Source: an uncultured Bacteroidales bacterium
GTDB taxonomy: Bacteria; Bacteroidota; Bacteroidia; Bacteroidales; CAIWKO01
NCBI GenBank assembly: GCA_964469155.1
Contig: CAYXXU010000002.1
Coordinates: 26,365-90,364, forward strand
Direction of reading: 5' to 3'
DNA: 64,000 bases
The position numbers were made by a program, and so were the translations under genes. The notes below the pieces were generated by a model, which worked only from the letters and a program-made list of their open reading frames with translations, searched no databases and was not told the DNA's origin. Below are positions 44,769-55,330 of this stretch, piece by piece. How positions within the stretch are numbered: the stretch's first letter is position 1; the number at the start of each line of letters is the position of its first letter.

Positions 44769-46171
44769 TTAGTCTTCTTTTTTACAATTTGAGCCAAAAG
44801 CTCAGCTTCCATTACAATCTGGTTGTTTACGTAAGCATGGCCTATCATCTGACAGATACCTCTGCGAATTGGAGCTAATAATTTTATTTTAAACACAATG
44901 GTATCGCCGGGAACTACTTTGTTTTTGAAACGTGCCTGTTCAATTTTCAGAAACAGTGTCAGGTAATTTTCAGGATCAGCAACAGTACTCAAAGCAAAAA
45001 TTCCGCCACATTGGGCCATAGCTTCAATCTGCAATACTCCAGGCATGATGGGTTCATCAGGAAAATGCCCGACAAAAAAACTTTCATTCATCGTAACATT
45101 TTTCAAACCGATAATACCCTGATCATCCATTTGAAGTATTTTATCAATAAGCAAAAATGGCGGACGATGTGGAATAATCTTTTGTATCTGATTGATATCG
45201 TAAAGAGCTGGCTTGGTCAGATCAAAAACTTCAGCAGGCACTTTTTTATTTGATTTTGGTTGAAACGGGTATTGTTCGGCAATTTTTTTTGCAAAATTTA
45301 CATTAGACAGATGTCCCGGCCGCTTGGTAATAATATGAGCCTTTAGAGTCCCTCCCAATAATGCCAGATCTCCGATAACATCCAACAACTTATGACGGGC
45401 AGGTTCGTTCGGAAAATGAAGTTCCAGGTTATTTAAGATACCTTCCTTTAAAACGCTAACTTTTGGTTTATTAAATACAACGGCAAGCCGGTCGAGCTCT
45501 TCCTGCGAAATGATACGGTTCACAAAAACTATGGCATTATTCATGTCACCACCTTTGATAAGATCCTTATCAAGAAGGTATTCCAGCTCATGTAAAAAGA
45601 CGAATGTCCTGCAGGGAGAAATTTCAGCATGAAAATCTTCGATACGATCAAGATTAGCGAATTGGGTTCCCAACACGTTGGTATCATAATCAATCATAGT
45701 GGTAATCCTGAATTCGTTGCAGGGAATGGCAATCATTTCAACCTTAAGATCGGCATCAAAATATTCAATATTTGATTTCAGCTCAATAAAAACTTTGGGG
45801 GCATCCTGTTCCACAATTTCAGCCTGCATTAAAGCTTCAATAAATTTGACAGAACTTCCATCCAGAATTGGGGTTTCAGCGCTATCCAGTTCAATCAGTA
45901 TATTGTCGAGCGATAATCCTGCCAGAGCGGCCAGGGTATGTTCAACAGTGCATATCCTTACGCCGTTTTCTTCCAGGGTAGTTCCCCGCGAGGTATCGAC
46001 AACATTTTTTAAATTAGCATGAACCAGAGGTTGATTTTCAATGTCGACTCTCTTAAATACAAAACCATGATTTTCAGGGGCGGGTTTAAACGTAAGAGTG
46101 ACGATCTCGCCGGTATGTAACCCTTTTCCGGCAACACTTACCGGCATACTAATCGTGCGTTGTTTAATCAT
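44765..46171 (-). CDS. lpxC-fabZ: Bifunctional UDP-3-O-acyl-GlcNAc deacetylase / 3-hydroxyacyl-ACP dehydratase
   Basis: 468 aa. N-terminal LpxC (TVEHTLAAL) fused to C-terminal FabZ (FFVGHFPDEPIMPGVL). This is the fusion typical of Bacteroidota. Confidence 0.93.
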   Translation of the reverse strand: MIKQRTISMPVSVAGKGLHTGEIVTLTFKPAPENHGFVFKRVDIENQPLVHANLKNVVDTSRGTTLEENGVRICTVEHTLAALAGLSLDNILIELDSAETPILDGSSVKFIEALMQAEIVEQDAPKVFIELKSNIEYFDADLKVEMIAIPCNEFRITTMIDYDTNVLGTQFANLDRIEDFHAEISPCRTFVFLHELEYLLDKDLIKGGDMNNAIVFVNRIISQEELDRLAVVFNKPKVSVLKEGILNNLELHFPNEPARHKLLDVIGDLALLGGTLKAHIITKRPGHLSNVNFAKKIAEQYPFQPKSNKKVPAEVFDLTKPALYDINQIQKIIPHRPPFLLIDKILQMDDQGIIGLKNVTMNESFFVGHFPDEPIMPGVLQIEAMAQCGGIFALSTVADPENYLTLFLKIEQARFKNKVVPGDTIVFKIKLLAPIRRGICQMIGHAYVNNQIVMEAELLAQIVKKKTK

Positions 46172-46289
46172 AGGGCGGCAAAGTTAATAAAATCTTTATT
46201 CTCAGCAATAAAAATAAAATTTTATCTCCCACCTAATGAACACTTGTGCACTTGATGAGAAAAATGTTGAAAGTTAATTAAGTAAAGGA

Positions 46290-47510
46290 TCAATGATACG
46301 GGAACATAAGCAGGTCAATATCCTGACATGAAATATTGAACAGGTCGCTGATATATTTATTGGTAAGAATACCATTGTAAAGATAGGTCCCGTTCCTGAA
46401 ACCGGAATCGGTTTTCAGATAGTTGGTTATGCCCCCTTCGTCAGCAATTTTTAGTAAAACGGTAGCGAAGTAATTACTCAATGCATACGAGGCAGTGTGT
46501 GGTACCTTTGATAAAATATTAGGCACACAGTAATGTGTTATTCCATGTTTTTTGAATACCGGGTGGGTATGGTTTGTAATGCGGGAAGTCTCGAAGCACC
46601 CTCCATTATCTATACTAATATCAATAATGATCGATCCCTGCTGCATTTGCCTGACCATATCCTCACTCACTACTAAGGATGTTTCTCCGATAACAGCATG
46701 TAAGGCCCCAATCACTACATCAGCGGTTTCTAATGCTTTCGAAAGCACATTTTGTTGCATAATTGAGGTAAAAAGCCTTTGATGGATGTTGTTTTGCAAA
46801 TTGCGCAATTTATAAACCGAGTTGTCGAATATTTTAACTTCAGCTCCCATGCCTATAGCAGCTCTTGTAGCAAATTCACCCACAGTACCTGCTCCCAGAA
46901 TAACTACCTTGGCTGGAGGGATACCTGAGAAACCACCCAGACTTTTTGCTTTACCGTAATCGCTGCTGCACAGATATTCGGCTGCTATATAAATGGCTGT
47001 ATTTCCTACGATCTCACTTAGCGAGCGAATCACAGGATATGAATGGGTTCTGTCCTTTATATGCTCGTACGAGATGGCCGTGGTTTTTTTTAACATCAGC
47101 CGTTTAAAATATTCATCAGTTTGACCGGGAAGGTTTAAAGCCGAAAATAAGGTCGTCCTGTTTTTTATTTTGTCAATTTCTGAGGGTAAAGGGGGGGCAA
47201 CCTTGATGATGAAATCCGATTGGTATACCTCGGCGGCTGAATAAACTATTTGTGCTCCGGCCTCACTATACTCATGATCTGAAAAATGAGCTGATTTGCC
47301 TGCATTGGTTTCTATAGATACTGTATGCCCGTTATTCACAAGCATAGCCACGGCTTCAGGAACCAAACCTATACGTGTTTCCTGAAAGGCAATTTCTTTC
47401 GGAACGCCTATACGTAACAGAGATTTTTGCCTTTTTAATTCCAGCGTTTCTGGTTGAGTAATAAATTGCTCTGAGCGCGAAAAATTAACGAAGTTGTTTT
47501 TAGGGTCCAT
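46290..47510 (-). CDS. Alanine dehydrogenase / PNT-family NAD-dependent dehydrogenase
   Basis: 406 aa. AlaDH-PNT N-domain and Rossmann motif VVILGAGTVG. Confidence 0.8.
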   Translation of the reverse strand: MDPKNNFVNFSRSEQFITQPETLELKRQKSLLRIGVPKEIAFQETRIGLVPEAVAMLVNNGHTVSIETNAGKSAHFSDHEYSEAGAQIVYSAAEVYQSDFIIKVAPPLPSEIDKIKNRTTLFSALNLPGQTDEYFKRLMLKKTTAISYEHIKDRTHSYPVIRSLSEIVGNTAIYIAAEYLCSSDYGKAKSLGGFSGIPPAKVVILGAGTVGEFATRAAIGMGAEVKIFDNSVYKLRNLQNNIHQRLFTSIMQQNVLSKALETADVVIGALHAVIGETSLVVSEDMVRQMQQGSIIIDISIDNGGCFETSRITNHTHPVFKKHGITHYCVPNILSKVPHTASYALSNYFATVLLKIADEGGITNYLKTDSGFRNGTYLYNGILTNKYISDLFNISCQDIDLLMFPYH

Positions 47511-47549
47511 AACAAAATATTATAGCATAAAATTACGAAAAAAATGAAT

Positions 47550-47984
47550 TTAAGTAATTTTTTTTGTGATTGAAATGGAACGCGAATTGTTTTGAAGGCT
47601 CCACATGATCTTAATTTCTACATAATTTCGCGGAAGAATATCTTCTATAAGTTCCGGCCATTCAATGAAGCAGTAATTTCCACTAAAAAAATATTCTTCG
47701 TACCCTATATCAAAAACTTCTTCAAGTTTTTTTATGCGGTAAAAATCAAAATGATACAATTTTGATCCGGTTGCGGTATTATATTCATTTACCAGGGCAA
47801 ACGAAGGACTGTTGGTTGGGTCGCTAACCTGCAATTGTCTGCAAATTTCTTTTATCAGGGTAGTTTTACCTGCGCCCAGTTCGCCTCTGAAAATTAAGAT
47901 CCGTTCTTCAGGATAAAGACTCAGAATTTTTCCCGCAATCAGGGGCAATTCATCCAAATGTTCACAGTTAAACGCTGTAGACAT
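47550..47984 (-). CDS. tsaE: tRNA t6A biosynthesis ATPase TsaE
   Basis: 144 aa. P-loop GELGAGKTT and HFDFYR motif. Confidence 0.9.
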   Translation of the reverse strand: MSTAFNCEHLDELPLIAGKILSLYPEERILIFRGELGAGKTTLIKEICRQLQVSDPTNSPSFALVNEYNTATGSKLYHFDFYRIKKLEEVFDIGYEEYFFSGNYCFIEWPELIEDILPRNYVEIKIMWSLQNNSRSISITKKIT

Positions 47985-47985
47985 T

Positions 47986-49539
47986 TTATTTAGGACTTAA
48001 ATGAATTATCGGGATTAGAATTTCCTCCATCGAAATGCCGCCATGCTGGAAAGTATTTTTGTAATGGTTAACGTAATAATTGTAGTTGTTCGGGTAGGCG
48101 AAAAAATCGTATGAGCGGCAGAATGCATAAATGCTGCTCACATTAAGCCTTGGCAGAAAGACATCCTGGGGATTTTTTATTTCAAAAACCTGTTTCCTGT
48201 CATAGTTTAGGGCTTTACCCACTTTATATCTCAGGTTGGTGTTGGTGGCTTTGTCGCCCATGATCTTTACCGGATTTGTAACCTTCACGCTTCCATGGTC
48301 AGTGGTAATAATAAGGTCGACTTTTTGTTCCGAAATATACTTGATCACTTCAAGCAAGGGTGAGTGTTTAAACCACGACAAGGTTATTGAACGGTAAGCT
48401 GACTCGTCGTCGGCCAATTCGCGTATAACCTCCATCTCGGTGTACGCATGTGATAACATGTCCACAAAGTTGTAAACCAGAATATTCATTCTGTTTACCA
48501 TCAGGTTGGGCAGGTTTTCAACGTACTTTTTCCCGGCATTGAGGTTCGTTATTTTAGTATAGTTGTATTTAATATTTTTCCCGTTCCGTTTCAGTTGTTC
48601 AGTTAAAAGTTCGCTTTCAAACTGGTTTTTGGTGCCTTCTTCGTCTTCCTGAACCCAGTAATTCGGATATTTCTTTTCAATTTCGGATGGCAGCAAACCG
48701 CTAAAGATCGAATTTCTTGAATATTGTGTAGCAGAAGGCAATATGCTGTAAAACAAGTCGTCCTCCATCACATAGTAATATTCTTCGATAATCGGTTGCA
48801 GGGTTTTCCACTGATCATAACGCAGGTTGTCGATCACAATAACAAATACAGGATTCTCATTGGTCAGTTCGGGGAAAAGCTTTTCTCTGAATAGCGTATG
48901 CGATAAAATGGGCGTTTCGTCGCTAACCCCGTTCAACCAATTCAGGTAGTTGTTTTCGTAATATTTGGTAAAAAAAGCATTGGCTTCCGATTTCTGGGTC
49001 AGCAATACTTCATTCATCGATTCGTCGTTCGATTTCTCGAGTTCAAGTTCCCAATACACCATTTTTTTGTAAACATCTTTCCATTCTTCGAACGACAGCC
49101 GGTTCGAAAATTCCAACCCTATGCTGCGGAACTGCTGTTGATAAGCCTGGGTGGTTTTTTCGCTTACCAGGCGTTTGTTTTCGAGGTTTTTTTTCAGACA
49201 CAATAAAATCTGGTGCGGATTCACGGGTTTTATCAGGTAATCAGAAATGTTCGAGCCTATGGCGCCTTCCATGGTGTGTTCCTGGTCGTTCTTGGTAATC
49301 ATCACCACGGGCAGGTTAGGATATTCGTTGCGTATGCGCGAAAGTGTTTCCAACCCGGAGATGCCCGGCATGTTCTCATCAAGAAAAATAATGTCGAATA
49401 TATTTTCGTCTATCAGGTCGAGGCCTTCGTCACCATTGTTTGAAGTAACTACATCATAGCCTTTCTCCTGCAAAAACATGATATGCGGTTTCAGCAAATC
49501 AATTTCATCATCAACCCATAAAATCTTTACTTTACTCAT
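47986..49539 (-). CDS. porX: PorX-type response regulator (receiver + PglZ/alkaline-phosphatase domain)
   Basis: 517 aa. CheY-like receiver (ILWVDDE..., IIFLDENMPG) followed by a PglZ-like domain. Size and architecture match the T9SS regulator PorX. Confidence 0.82.
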   Translation of the reverse strand: MSKVKILWVDDEIDLLKPHIMFLQEKGYDVVTSNNGDEGLDLIDENIFDIIFLDENMPGISGLETLSRIRNEYPNLPVVMITKNDQEHTMEGAIGSNISDYLIKPVNPHQILLCLKKNLENKRLVSEKTTQAYQQQFRSIGLEFSNRLSFEEWKDVYKKMVYWELELEKSNDESMNEVLLTQKSEANAFFTKYYENNYLNWLNGVSDETPILSHTLFREKLFPELTNENPVFVIVIDNLRYDQWKTLQPIIEEYYYVMEDDLFYSILPSATQYSRNSIFSGLLPSEIEKKYPNYWVQEDEEGTKNQFESELLTEQLKRNGKNIKYNYTKITNLNAGKKYVENLPNLMVNRMNILVYNFVDMLSHAYTEMEVIRELADDESAYRSITLSWFKHSPLLEVIKYISEQKVDLIITTDHGSVKVTNPVKIMGDKATNTNLRYKVGKALNYDRKQVFEIKNPQDVFLPRLNVSSIYAFCRSYDFFAYPNNYNYYVNHYKNTFQHGGISMEEILIPIIHLSPK

Positions 49540-49587
49540 TTTATCAGCGTATTTTAATTAGTAGTGTTTCTTTTTTTAATTTTTAAT

Positions 49588-49706
49588 CATCAGCCATCAG
49601 CCACGAGCCATTAGCCGGTAGTTAAACAATATAACAATATAACAATTTAACCATTCCATTCCCTCCATCCTTCCAATTTTCCATCCTCCCATCCATCCAT
49701 TCTTCA
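49588..49706. repeat. Composite short-period (7-8 nt) morphing tracts in a divergent promoter region
   Basis: The first part is catcagc catcagc cacgagc cattagc. This is followed by caatataa caatataa caatttaa and then ccattcc attccct ccatcct ... Confidence 0.8.
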
Positions 49707-49769
49707 AATCTTTTTTGTAATATTGAACTCAAATTACTATACAAAGGTACGCATAAAACAGCCAGGCTT

Positions 49770-51008
49770 GTGATCCATAACAAAAGAAAAATCATTAACG
49801 ACCCGGTGCATGGTTTCATTACCATCCCCAACGATCTGATATTCGATATCATCGAACACCCTTATTTTCAACGCCTGCGCTATATCAAACAGCTTGGGCT
49901 GACCTACCTGGTCTATCCCGGGGCCATTCATACACGCTTTCAGCATGCCCTGGGGGCCATGCACCTGATGTCGCAGGCCGTGGAGATGCTTAAGATAAAA
50001 GATCAGGACATTACGGCAGAGGAACAACAGGGCCTTTTGCTGGCCATTCTGCTGCACGATATCGGTCACGGGCCCTTTTCCCATGCGTTGGAACATGCCC
50101 TGGTGGAAAATATTTCGCACGAAACCCTTTCCAACTATTTTATCGAAAGCCTCAATAAACAGCAAGGGGGAGAGCTTGAGCTGGCCAGGCATATCTTCAC
50201 CGATCAATATCATAAGAAGTTTCTGCATCAGTTGGTTTCCAGCCAACTCGATGTCGACAGGCTCGACTACCTGATGCGCGACAGTTTTTTTACTGGCGTT
50301 TCTGAAGGCGTGATCAGCACCGACCGCATCATCAAAATGCTGAATGTGCATGACGACGAACTGGTGGTCGACAGCAAGGGCATCTATTCTGTCGAAAAAT
50401 TCATTGTGGCCCGCCGCCTGATGTATTGGCAGGTGTATCTCCACAAAACCGTGCTTTCGGCCGAAAACCTGCTGATCCATATCCTGCGCCGGGCCAAATA
50501 CCTGGCCGAACAAGGCGAAGCCATATTTGCCGGGTCTGCTTTGGCAACTTTCCTGAAGAAGTGCTATACCTGTCAGGATTTCGTAGCTAACCCACAATTG
50601 CTCGACATTTTTGCCCAACTCGACGACACTGATATTTTTTATAGCATTAAAATGTGGACGAATTCGGCTGATAAGGTTTTGGCCCTGCTGAGCCGCAACC
50701 TGGTGAACCGCCATCTTCCGAAGATTGAGATACAAAACACTCCGTTCGATGAAGCCTATGTCGATGGCATTATGAAGCGGACCAGAGAAAAATATCAACT
50801 GACCGAAGCCGAAACCGCCTATTTTGTGTTTACCGACGAGGTGGCCAACAATGCCTACAACCCGGCTTTCGATAAAATAGGGATGTTATATCACAACGGC
50901 ACCGTAACCGATATTACCAAAAGCTCCGACCAGATTAATACAGAACTCTTGTCCCGAACCATCAGGAAGTATTTTTTGTGTTATCCGAAGGAGTTGTTGG
51001 AGAGGTAG
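49770..51008 (+). CDS. HD-domain phosphohydrolase (dNTPase-like)
   Basis: 412 aa. HD signature LLHDIGHGPFSH and downstream DVDRLDYLMRD. Confidence 0.88.
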   Translation: MIHNKRKIINDPVHGFITIPNDLIFDIIEHPYFQRLRYIKQLGLTYLVYPGAIHTRFQHALGAMHLMSQAVEMLKIKDQDITAEEQQGLLLAILLHDIGHGPFSHALEHALVENISHETLSNYFIESLNKQQGGELELARHIFTDQYHKKFLHQLVSSQLDVDRLDYLMRDSFFTGVSEGVISTDRIIKMLNVHDDELVVDSKGIYSVEKFIVARRLMYWQVYLHKTVLSAENLLIHILRRAKYLAEQGEAIFAGSALATFLKKCYTCQDFVANPQLLDIFAQLDDTDIFYSIKMWTNSADKVLALLSRNLVNRHLPKIEIQNTPFDEAYVDGIMKRTREKYQLTEAETAYFVFTDEVANNAYNPAFDKIGMLYHNGTVTDITKSSDQINTELLSRTIRKYFLCYPKELLER

Positions 51009-51087
51009 TTAGGGGGATTAGCTGCAGGTGAGCCAAGTGGGACCTCAACTATAGTGAATCTTCTGGAATGCTAGCGAGATGCATCAT

Positions 51088-51297
51088 CCGTCAAGGGTTT
51101 GCATACAACCATTCAGGGTTGCTCCCCAACCGTTCAGGGTTGCTATCCAACCGTTCAGGGTTGCTATCCAACCATTCAGGGTTGCTCCCCAACCATTCAG
51201 GGTTGCTATCCAACCGTTCAGGGTTGCTATCCAACCGTTCAGGGTTGCTATCCAACCATTCAGGGTTGCTCCCCAACCGTTCAAGGTTGCGAATCAA
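51088..51297. repeat. 21-bp tandem array D (10 units)
   Basis: Units are in exact register. Two alternating variants occur: ccattcagggttgctccccaa and ccgttcagggttgctatccaa. Each contains the inverted repeat caacc-n6-ggttg across the unit junction. Confidence 0.95.
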
Positions 51298-51652
51298 CCA
51301 ATTTTTGATGAATAAAATAAGTTTTGGATTTTTTTTCGAAAAATCTTTGTACCCTACCATATCTATATTTTTGTTTGTTCGTTTACGAATATAAGTATTT
51401 AATGTGAATTTAGCCCTTGCTCAGTTACCGCGTAAGGAGCAAGGGGTTGGATTTCTTGGTGATTCTTGGTGTTTTGGAGTCTTGGTGGCATTCCTTTGGA
51501 TTTATTGGAGAGGTGGGATGATTGTATGAATGAGTAGGACACAAATTTTTTTGCCCTTACGTAATAACCCTGTTAATAAATATTTCCCTCAGCCGTCGCA
51601 AATACCGAAGTTTTTATAAATTTTGTCGACTGATAAATAAGGAGGCACGAAC

Positions 51653-52693
51653 ATGAAATTTACAGCGCAACAACTGGCCGATGTGCTTGGGGGAACCATC
51701 GAAGGAAATGCAGAGGCCTGCGTATCCAAACTCTCCAAAATTGAAGAAGGCGACGCCGATTCCCTCACATTTCTCGCCAACCCGGCCTACACCCAATACA
51801 TCTACCAGTCGAAAGCTGCCATAGCCATCGTCAACCGCGATTTTGTGCCCGAACAACCCATTGCCATGACACTGATACGCGTCGATAATGCTTACACCGC
51901 CTTTGCCACCCTGCTCGAAATGTATAACCAGATAAAACTCAACAAAACCGACATATCCGAAAAAGCAGTCGTATCCGCATCAGCCAAAACCGGCAATAAT
52001 GTATATATAGGTGCCCTGGCCTTCGTGGGCGAAAACGTGGTGATAGGCAACAATGTTAAGATATACCCTCTATGCTTCATTGGCGATAATGTGCACATTG
52101 GCGACAACACCACGCTCTATGCCTCTGTAACCGTATATTCCGATTGCGTCATCGGCAGTAACTGCATCTTGCATTCCGGTGTAGTACTGGGCGCCGATGG
52201 TTTCGGCTTCACCCAGCAGCCCGACCTCAGTCATAAAAAAATAGCACAGATCGGCAATGTGGTAATAGAAGACGATGTGGAAATAGGAGCCAACACCACC
52301 ATCGATCGAGCCACCCTGGGTTCAACCATAATCCGCCGCGGCTGCAAACTCGATAACCTGATCATGATAGCTCATAATGTGGAAGTCGGCGAATATAGCC
52401 TCATCGTTTCTCAGACAGGCATTGCCGGCTCAACCAGGATTGGCCGCAATTGTGTGATAGGCGGACAAGTGGGCATTGTGGGACACATAACCATTGCTGA
52501 TAATGTGAAAATACAGGCACAATCGGGCATACCCGCCAGCATCACCCGCGACGGTGCCATTGTGCAGGGGGCACCTGCCTTTAATATCAAAGAGTACCTG
52601 AGATCATACGTACATTTTAAAAACCTCCCGAAACTCTCCTCGCGTATTGATGAATTGGAGAAGGAATTGAAAGCATTAAAGGAAGGGAAATAG
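51653..52693 (+). CDS. lpxD: UDP-3-O-acylglucosamine N-acyltransferase
   Basis: 346 aa. N-terminal LpxD domain (FTAQQLADVLGG), hexapeptide repeats and a C-terminal coiled tail. Confidence 0.93.
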   Translation: MKFTAQQLADVLGGTIEGNAEACVSKLSKIEEGDADSLTFLANPAYTQYIYQSKAAIAIVNRDFVPEQPIAMTLIRVDNAYTAFATLLEMYNQIKLNKTDISEKAVVSASAKTGNNVYIGALAFVGENVVIGNNVKIYPLCFIGDNVHIGDNTTLYASVTVYSDCVIGSNCILHSGVVLGADGFGFTQQPDLSHKKIAQIGNVVIEDDVEIGANTTIDRATLGSTIIRRGCKLDNLIMIAHNVEVGEYSLIVSQTGIAGSTRIGRNCVIGGQVGIVGHITIADNVKIQAQSGIPASITRDGAIVQGAPAFNIKEYLRSYVHFKNLPKLSSRIDELEKELKALKEGK

Positions 52694-52840
52694 GAAGTTA
52701 GAAGACCGGAGTCCGAAGAGAAGGATTAAGTTGAATAAGTGTATTAAGTAAGATCAGACATATTTGGTGTAATTTAGTGTTTTTGTGTTTTGGTGGCGGA
52801 ATTCCTAAAATGTTAAATGGTTGAATGGCTCATGGCTATC

Positions 52841-53437
52841 TCAATCCAACAGCCAATAGAAATATCCCGGGAGCAGGTAATGAATTCCCAAAGTCAGCAA
52901 AGAATAAAATAGTATCAGGAAATTGTTGATGCCGGGTTCTTCGCGTCGAATTACGACAATGATGAAACGGATGAGGCTGAACAATAAGTAGAGAAAAATT
53001 AAAGGATAGAGCATCAATATTGGCAATCGCCAGAATTCTCCCATAAGGGTCATAGGAAGCAAGGCCTTGGGATCGAACATAGCTGAAGTTTCGTTACGGA
53101 ATACAGGGTAGAGGCCGCTGATCCAGTAAGGAAAACTCATCCAACCGACAGAAAATACAAAGGCAAAAATGCTAAAATATAAAAGTTTGCCGGAAGCAGA
53201 AATATTCCTGATAAACAGTCCTGTGATGGAAATAACTAAAGTCAGAACCGTAAGGCCAAGCCCTGCGAAAATGATAATGAAACGATACCAAAAATCGGGA
53301 TCGGACGAAGGGATGGTGTTCCAGGTACTATTTTCAGGAGGAAACGTCCAGGAAGCGGGCAGATATAAAAAGATCAAAGGCACGGATGCCAAAACCAATA
53401 GTGATATTACCAGTAGTGTCTTTGTAATTGTTTTCAT
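52841..53437 (-). CDS. Hypothetical polytopic membrane protein
   Basis: Start taken at MKTITKTLLVISLL, which avoids overlap with rfbD. It has 5-6 TM helices. Confidence 0.55.
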   Translation of the reverse strand: MKTITKTLLVISLLVLASVPLIFLYLPASWTFPPENSTWNTIPSSDPDFWYRFIIIFAGLGLTVLTLVISITGLFIRNISASGKLLYFSIFAFVFSVGWMSFPYWISGLYPVFRNETSAMFDPKALLPMTLMGEFWRLPILMLYPLIFLYLLFSLIRFIIVVIRREEPGINNFLILFYSLLTLGIHYLLPGYFYWLLD

Positions 53438-53469
53438 TCCGAAAATTATTCCGAAAAAAATTAGGTATT

Positions 53470-54336
53470 TTATTGGTTCTGTAATAAAATTTTCAGGCAA
53501 TCCTTCAGGCTGTCTTTCCAAAAAGGTATGCTGATACCAAAGTCACCTTTGATCTTATCAAGGCAAAATAAACTATTGGCGGGGCGGGGAGCAGGCAGGG
53601 GGTAATCAATCGCCGGTATAGGATGCACCGGGGTCTTACTGCCGGAAATTGTAAGGATGGCAACGGCAAAATCGTACCACGATATCTTGCCCTCGTTGGC
53701 AAAATGGTAGATCTCAGGTTTCTGGGGTAGCTTTCCCGAAGAAATCATTTGCAGAATGGCTTGAGCAAGGTCGCGGGCATAGGTAGGTGCACCGGTCTGA
53801 TCAGAAATGACATTGAGATAGGTTTTCTCGTGTGAAAGTCGCAGAATAGTCTTCACAAAATTGTTCCCAAAGGAAGAATATAGCCATGAGGTGCGGATAA
53901 TGAAGGAAGGCAACTGATGTTGCAGAATAATTTCCTCACCTTTACACTTGGTATTGCCATATACCGAGGCCGGTTTGGTGATATCGGTTTCGTGGTAGCA
54001 GCCTTTTTTTAGCCCATCGAAAACATAATCGGTCGACACATGTACGAGAAAAATCTTGTAGATTTGAGCCACCTCACATAGATTTCCTACAGCCTCTGCA
54101 TTCAGTTTAAAGGCAGATCGTTGTTCCTGTTCGGCTTTATCCACAGCGGTATAAGCAGCACAATTGATGATAAGTTGGACCTGGTTTTTACAAACCAAGG
54201 CTTCGATGGCAGTTTTATCGCAGATATCCAACTGGGCAAGGTCGGTAAAGAGAAAGGAATGTTCCGGATATTGAGCGGATAACAGCTTGAGCTCACTTCC
54301 CAACTGACCATTGCTGCCTGTTACCAGAATGTTCAT
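53470..54336 (-). CDS. rfbD: dTDP-4-dehydrorhamnose reductase
   Basis: 288 aa. NAD site ILVTGSNGQLG and STDYVFDG motif. Confidence 0.9.
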   Translation of the reverse strand: MNILVTGSNGQLGSELKLLSAQYPEHSFLFTDLAQLDICDKTAIEALVCKNQVQLIINCAAYTAVDKAEQEQRSAFKLNAEAVGNLCEVAQIYKIFLVHVSTDYVFDGLKKGCYHETDITKPASVYGNTKCKGEEIILQHQLPSFIIRTSWLYSSFGNNFVKTILRLSHEKTYLNVISDQTGAPTYARDLAQAILQMISSGKLPQKPEIYHFANEGKISWYDFAVAILTISGSKTPVHPIPAIDYPLPAPRPANSLFCLDKIKGDFGISIPFWKDSLKDCLKILLQNQ

Positions 54337-54337
54337 T

Positions 54338-54386
54338 TTTGATTTTTGATTTTAGATTGCAGATTGCCGATTGAAGACTGCCGACT
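54338..54386. repeat. 7-nt-period morphing tract (7 units)
   Basis: tttgatt tttgatt ttagatt gcagatt gccgatt gaagact gccgact. It lies between the uxs stop and the rfbD start. Confidence 0.9.
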
Positions 54387-54397
54387 TGTGCCCAAGG

Positions 54398-55327
54398 TTA
54401 CTTACTAAAATATTCAATGGTTTTCTGCAAACCTTCGCGAAGCTGAACTTTAGGTTCCCATTGCAGTTCTTTCTTTGCTAAGGTGATGTCGGGTTTGCGC
54501 TGCAAAGGATCGTCCGACGGTAAAGGCTTATAAATGATCTTCGATTTGGAAGCCGTCAGGTCAATTACCTGTTGAGCCAGTTCCAGTATGGTGAATTCAA
54601 CAGGGTTTCCGATATTCACCGGGCCGATGAATCCGTTCGGGGTATTCATCATACGGATCATACCTTCAACGGTGTCGTCAACGAAACTGAAACTTCGTGT
54701 TTGCGATCCGTCTCCATAAATCGTAATATCTTCGCTCCTTAATGCCTGGTTAATAAAATTCGAAACCACGCGACCATCGTTGGGATGCATACGTGGCCCG
54801 TAAGTATTGAAAATACGTATGATCTTGATGGTAACATTGTTCTGACGGTGATAATTCATAAACAGCGCTTCGGCACAACGTTTTCCTTCGTCGTAGCAGG
54901 CACGGTAACCAATGGGATTTACATTTCCCCAATACGATTCTGTCTGGGGATGTTCCTTTGGGTCACCATACACTTCGCTGGTAGAGGCCTGAAGGATTTT
55001 TGCATTGATGCGTTTTGCCAGCCCCAGCATATTGATAGCCCCCATCACTGAAGTTTTGATGGTCTTGATGGGATTGTACTGATAATGGATGGGAGAAGCC
55101 GGACAGGCCAGGTTGTATATTTCGTCTACTTCAATAAAGAAAGGCATGGTAATATCATGCCTGATCAATTCGAAATAGGGATTATCCATCAAATGAACAA
55201 TGTTCTGTTTTTGTCCAGTGAAATAATTGTCGACACAAACTACTTCATTCCCTTCGCTTAAGAGTCGCTCACAAAGATGTGATCCAAGAAATCCGGCACC
55301 ACCGGTTACCAATATTTTTTTTCTCAT
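54398..55327 (-). CDS. uxs: UDP-glucuronate decarboxylase (UDP-xylose synthase)
   Basis: 309 aa. GGAGFLGSH, catalytic YDEGKR and SDR-extended fold. Confidence 0.9.
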   Translation of the reverse strand: MRKKILVTGGAGFLGSHLCERLLSEGNEVVCVDNYFTGQKQNIVHLMDNPYFELIRHDITMPFFIEVDEIYNLACPASPIHYQYNPIKTIKTSVMGAINMLGLAKRINAKILQASTSEVYGDPKEHPQTESYWGNVNPIGYRACYDEGKRCAEALFMNYHRQNNVTIKIIRIFNTYGPRMHPNDGRVVSNFINQALRSEDITIYGDGSQTRSFSFVDDTVEGMIRMMNTPNGFIGPVNIGNPVEFTILELAQQVIDLTASKSKIIYKPLPSDDPLQRKPDITLAKKELQWEPKVQLREGLQKTIEYFSK

Positions 55328-55330
55328 GAT

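Noticed and set aside
49737-50798. 353-aa ORF on the minus strand
   Set aside because: It is fully antisense to the HD-domain hydrolase gene, which has clear HD and DxDRxDY motifs. The antisense product has no recognisable motif and a skewed composition (shadow ORF).
51068-51394. Five overlapping ORFs (66-108 aa) with 7-aa repeats (PFRVAIQ, NRSGLLS, etc.), and the related ORFs at 986-1368 on the minus strand
   Set aside because: They are translation artefacts of array D and of its solo copy. The ORFs at 986-1368 also run antisense to the 3' end of the peptidase gene.
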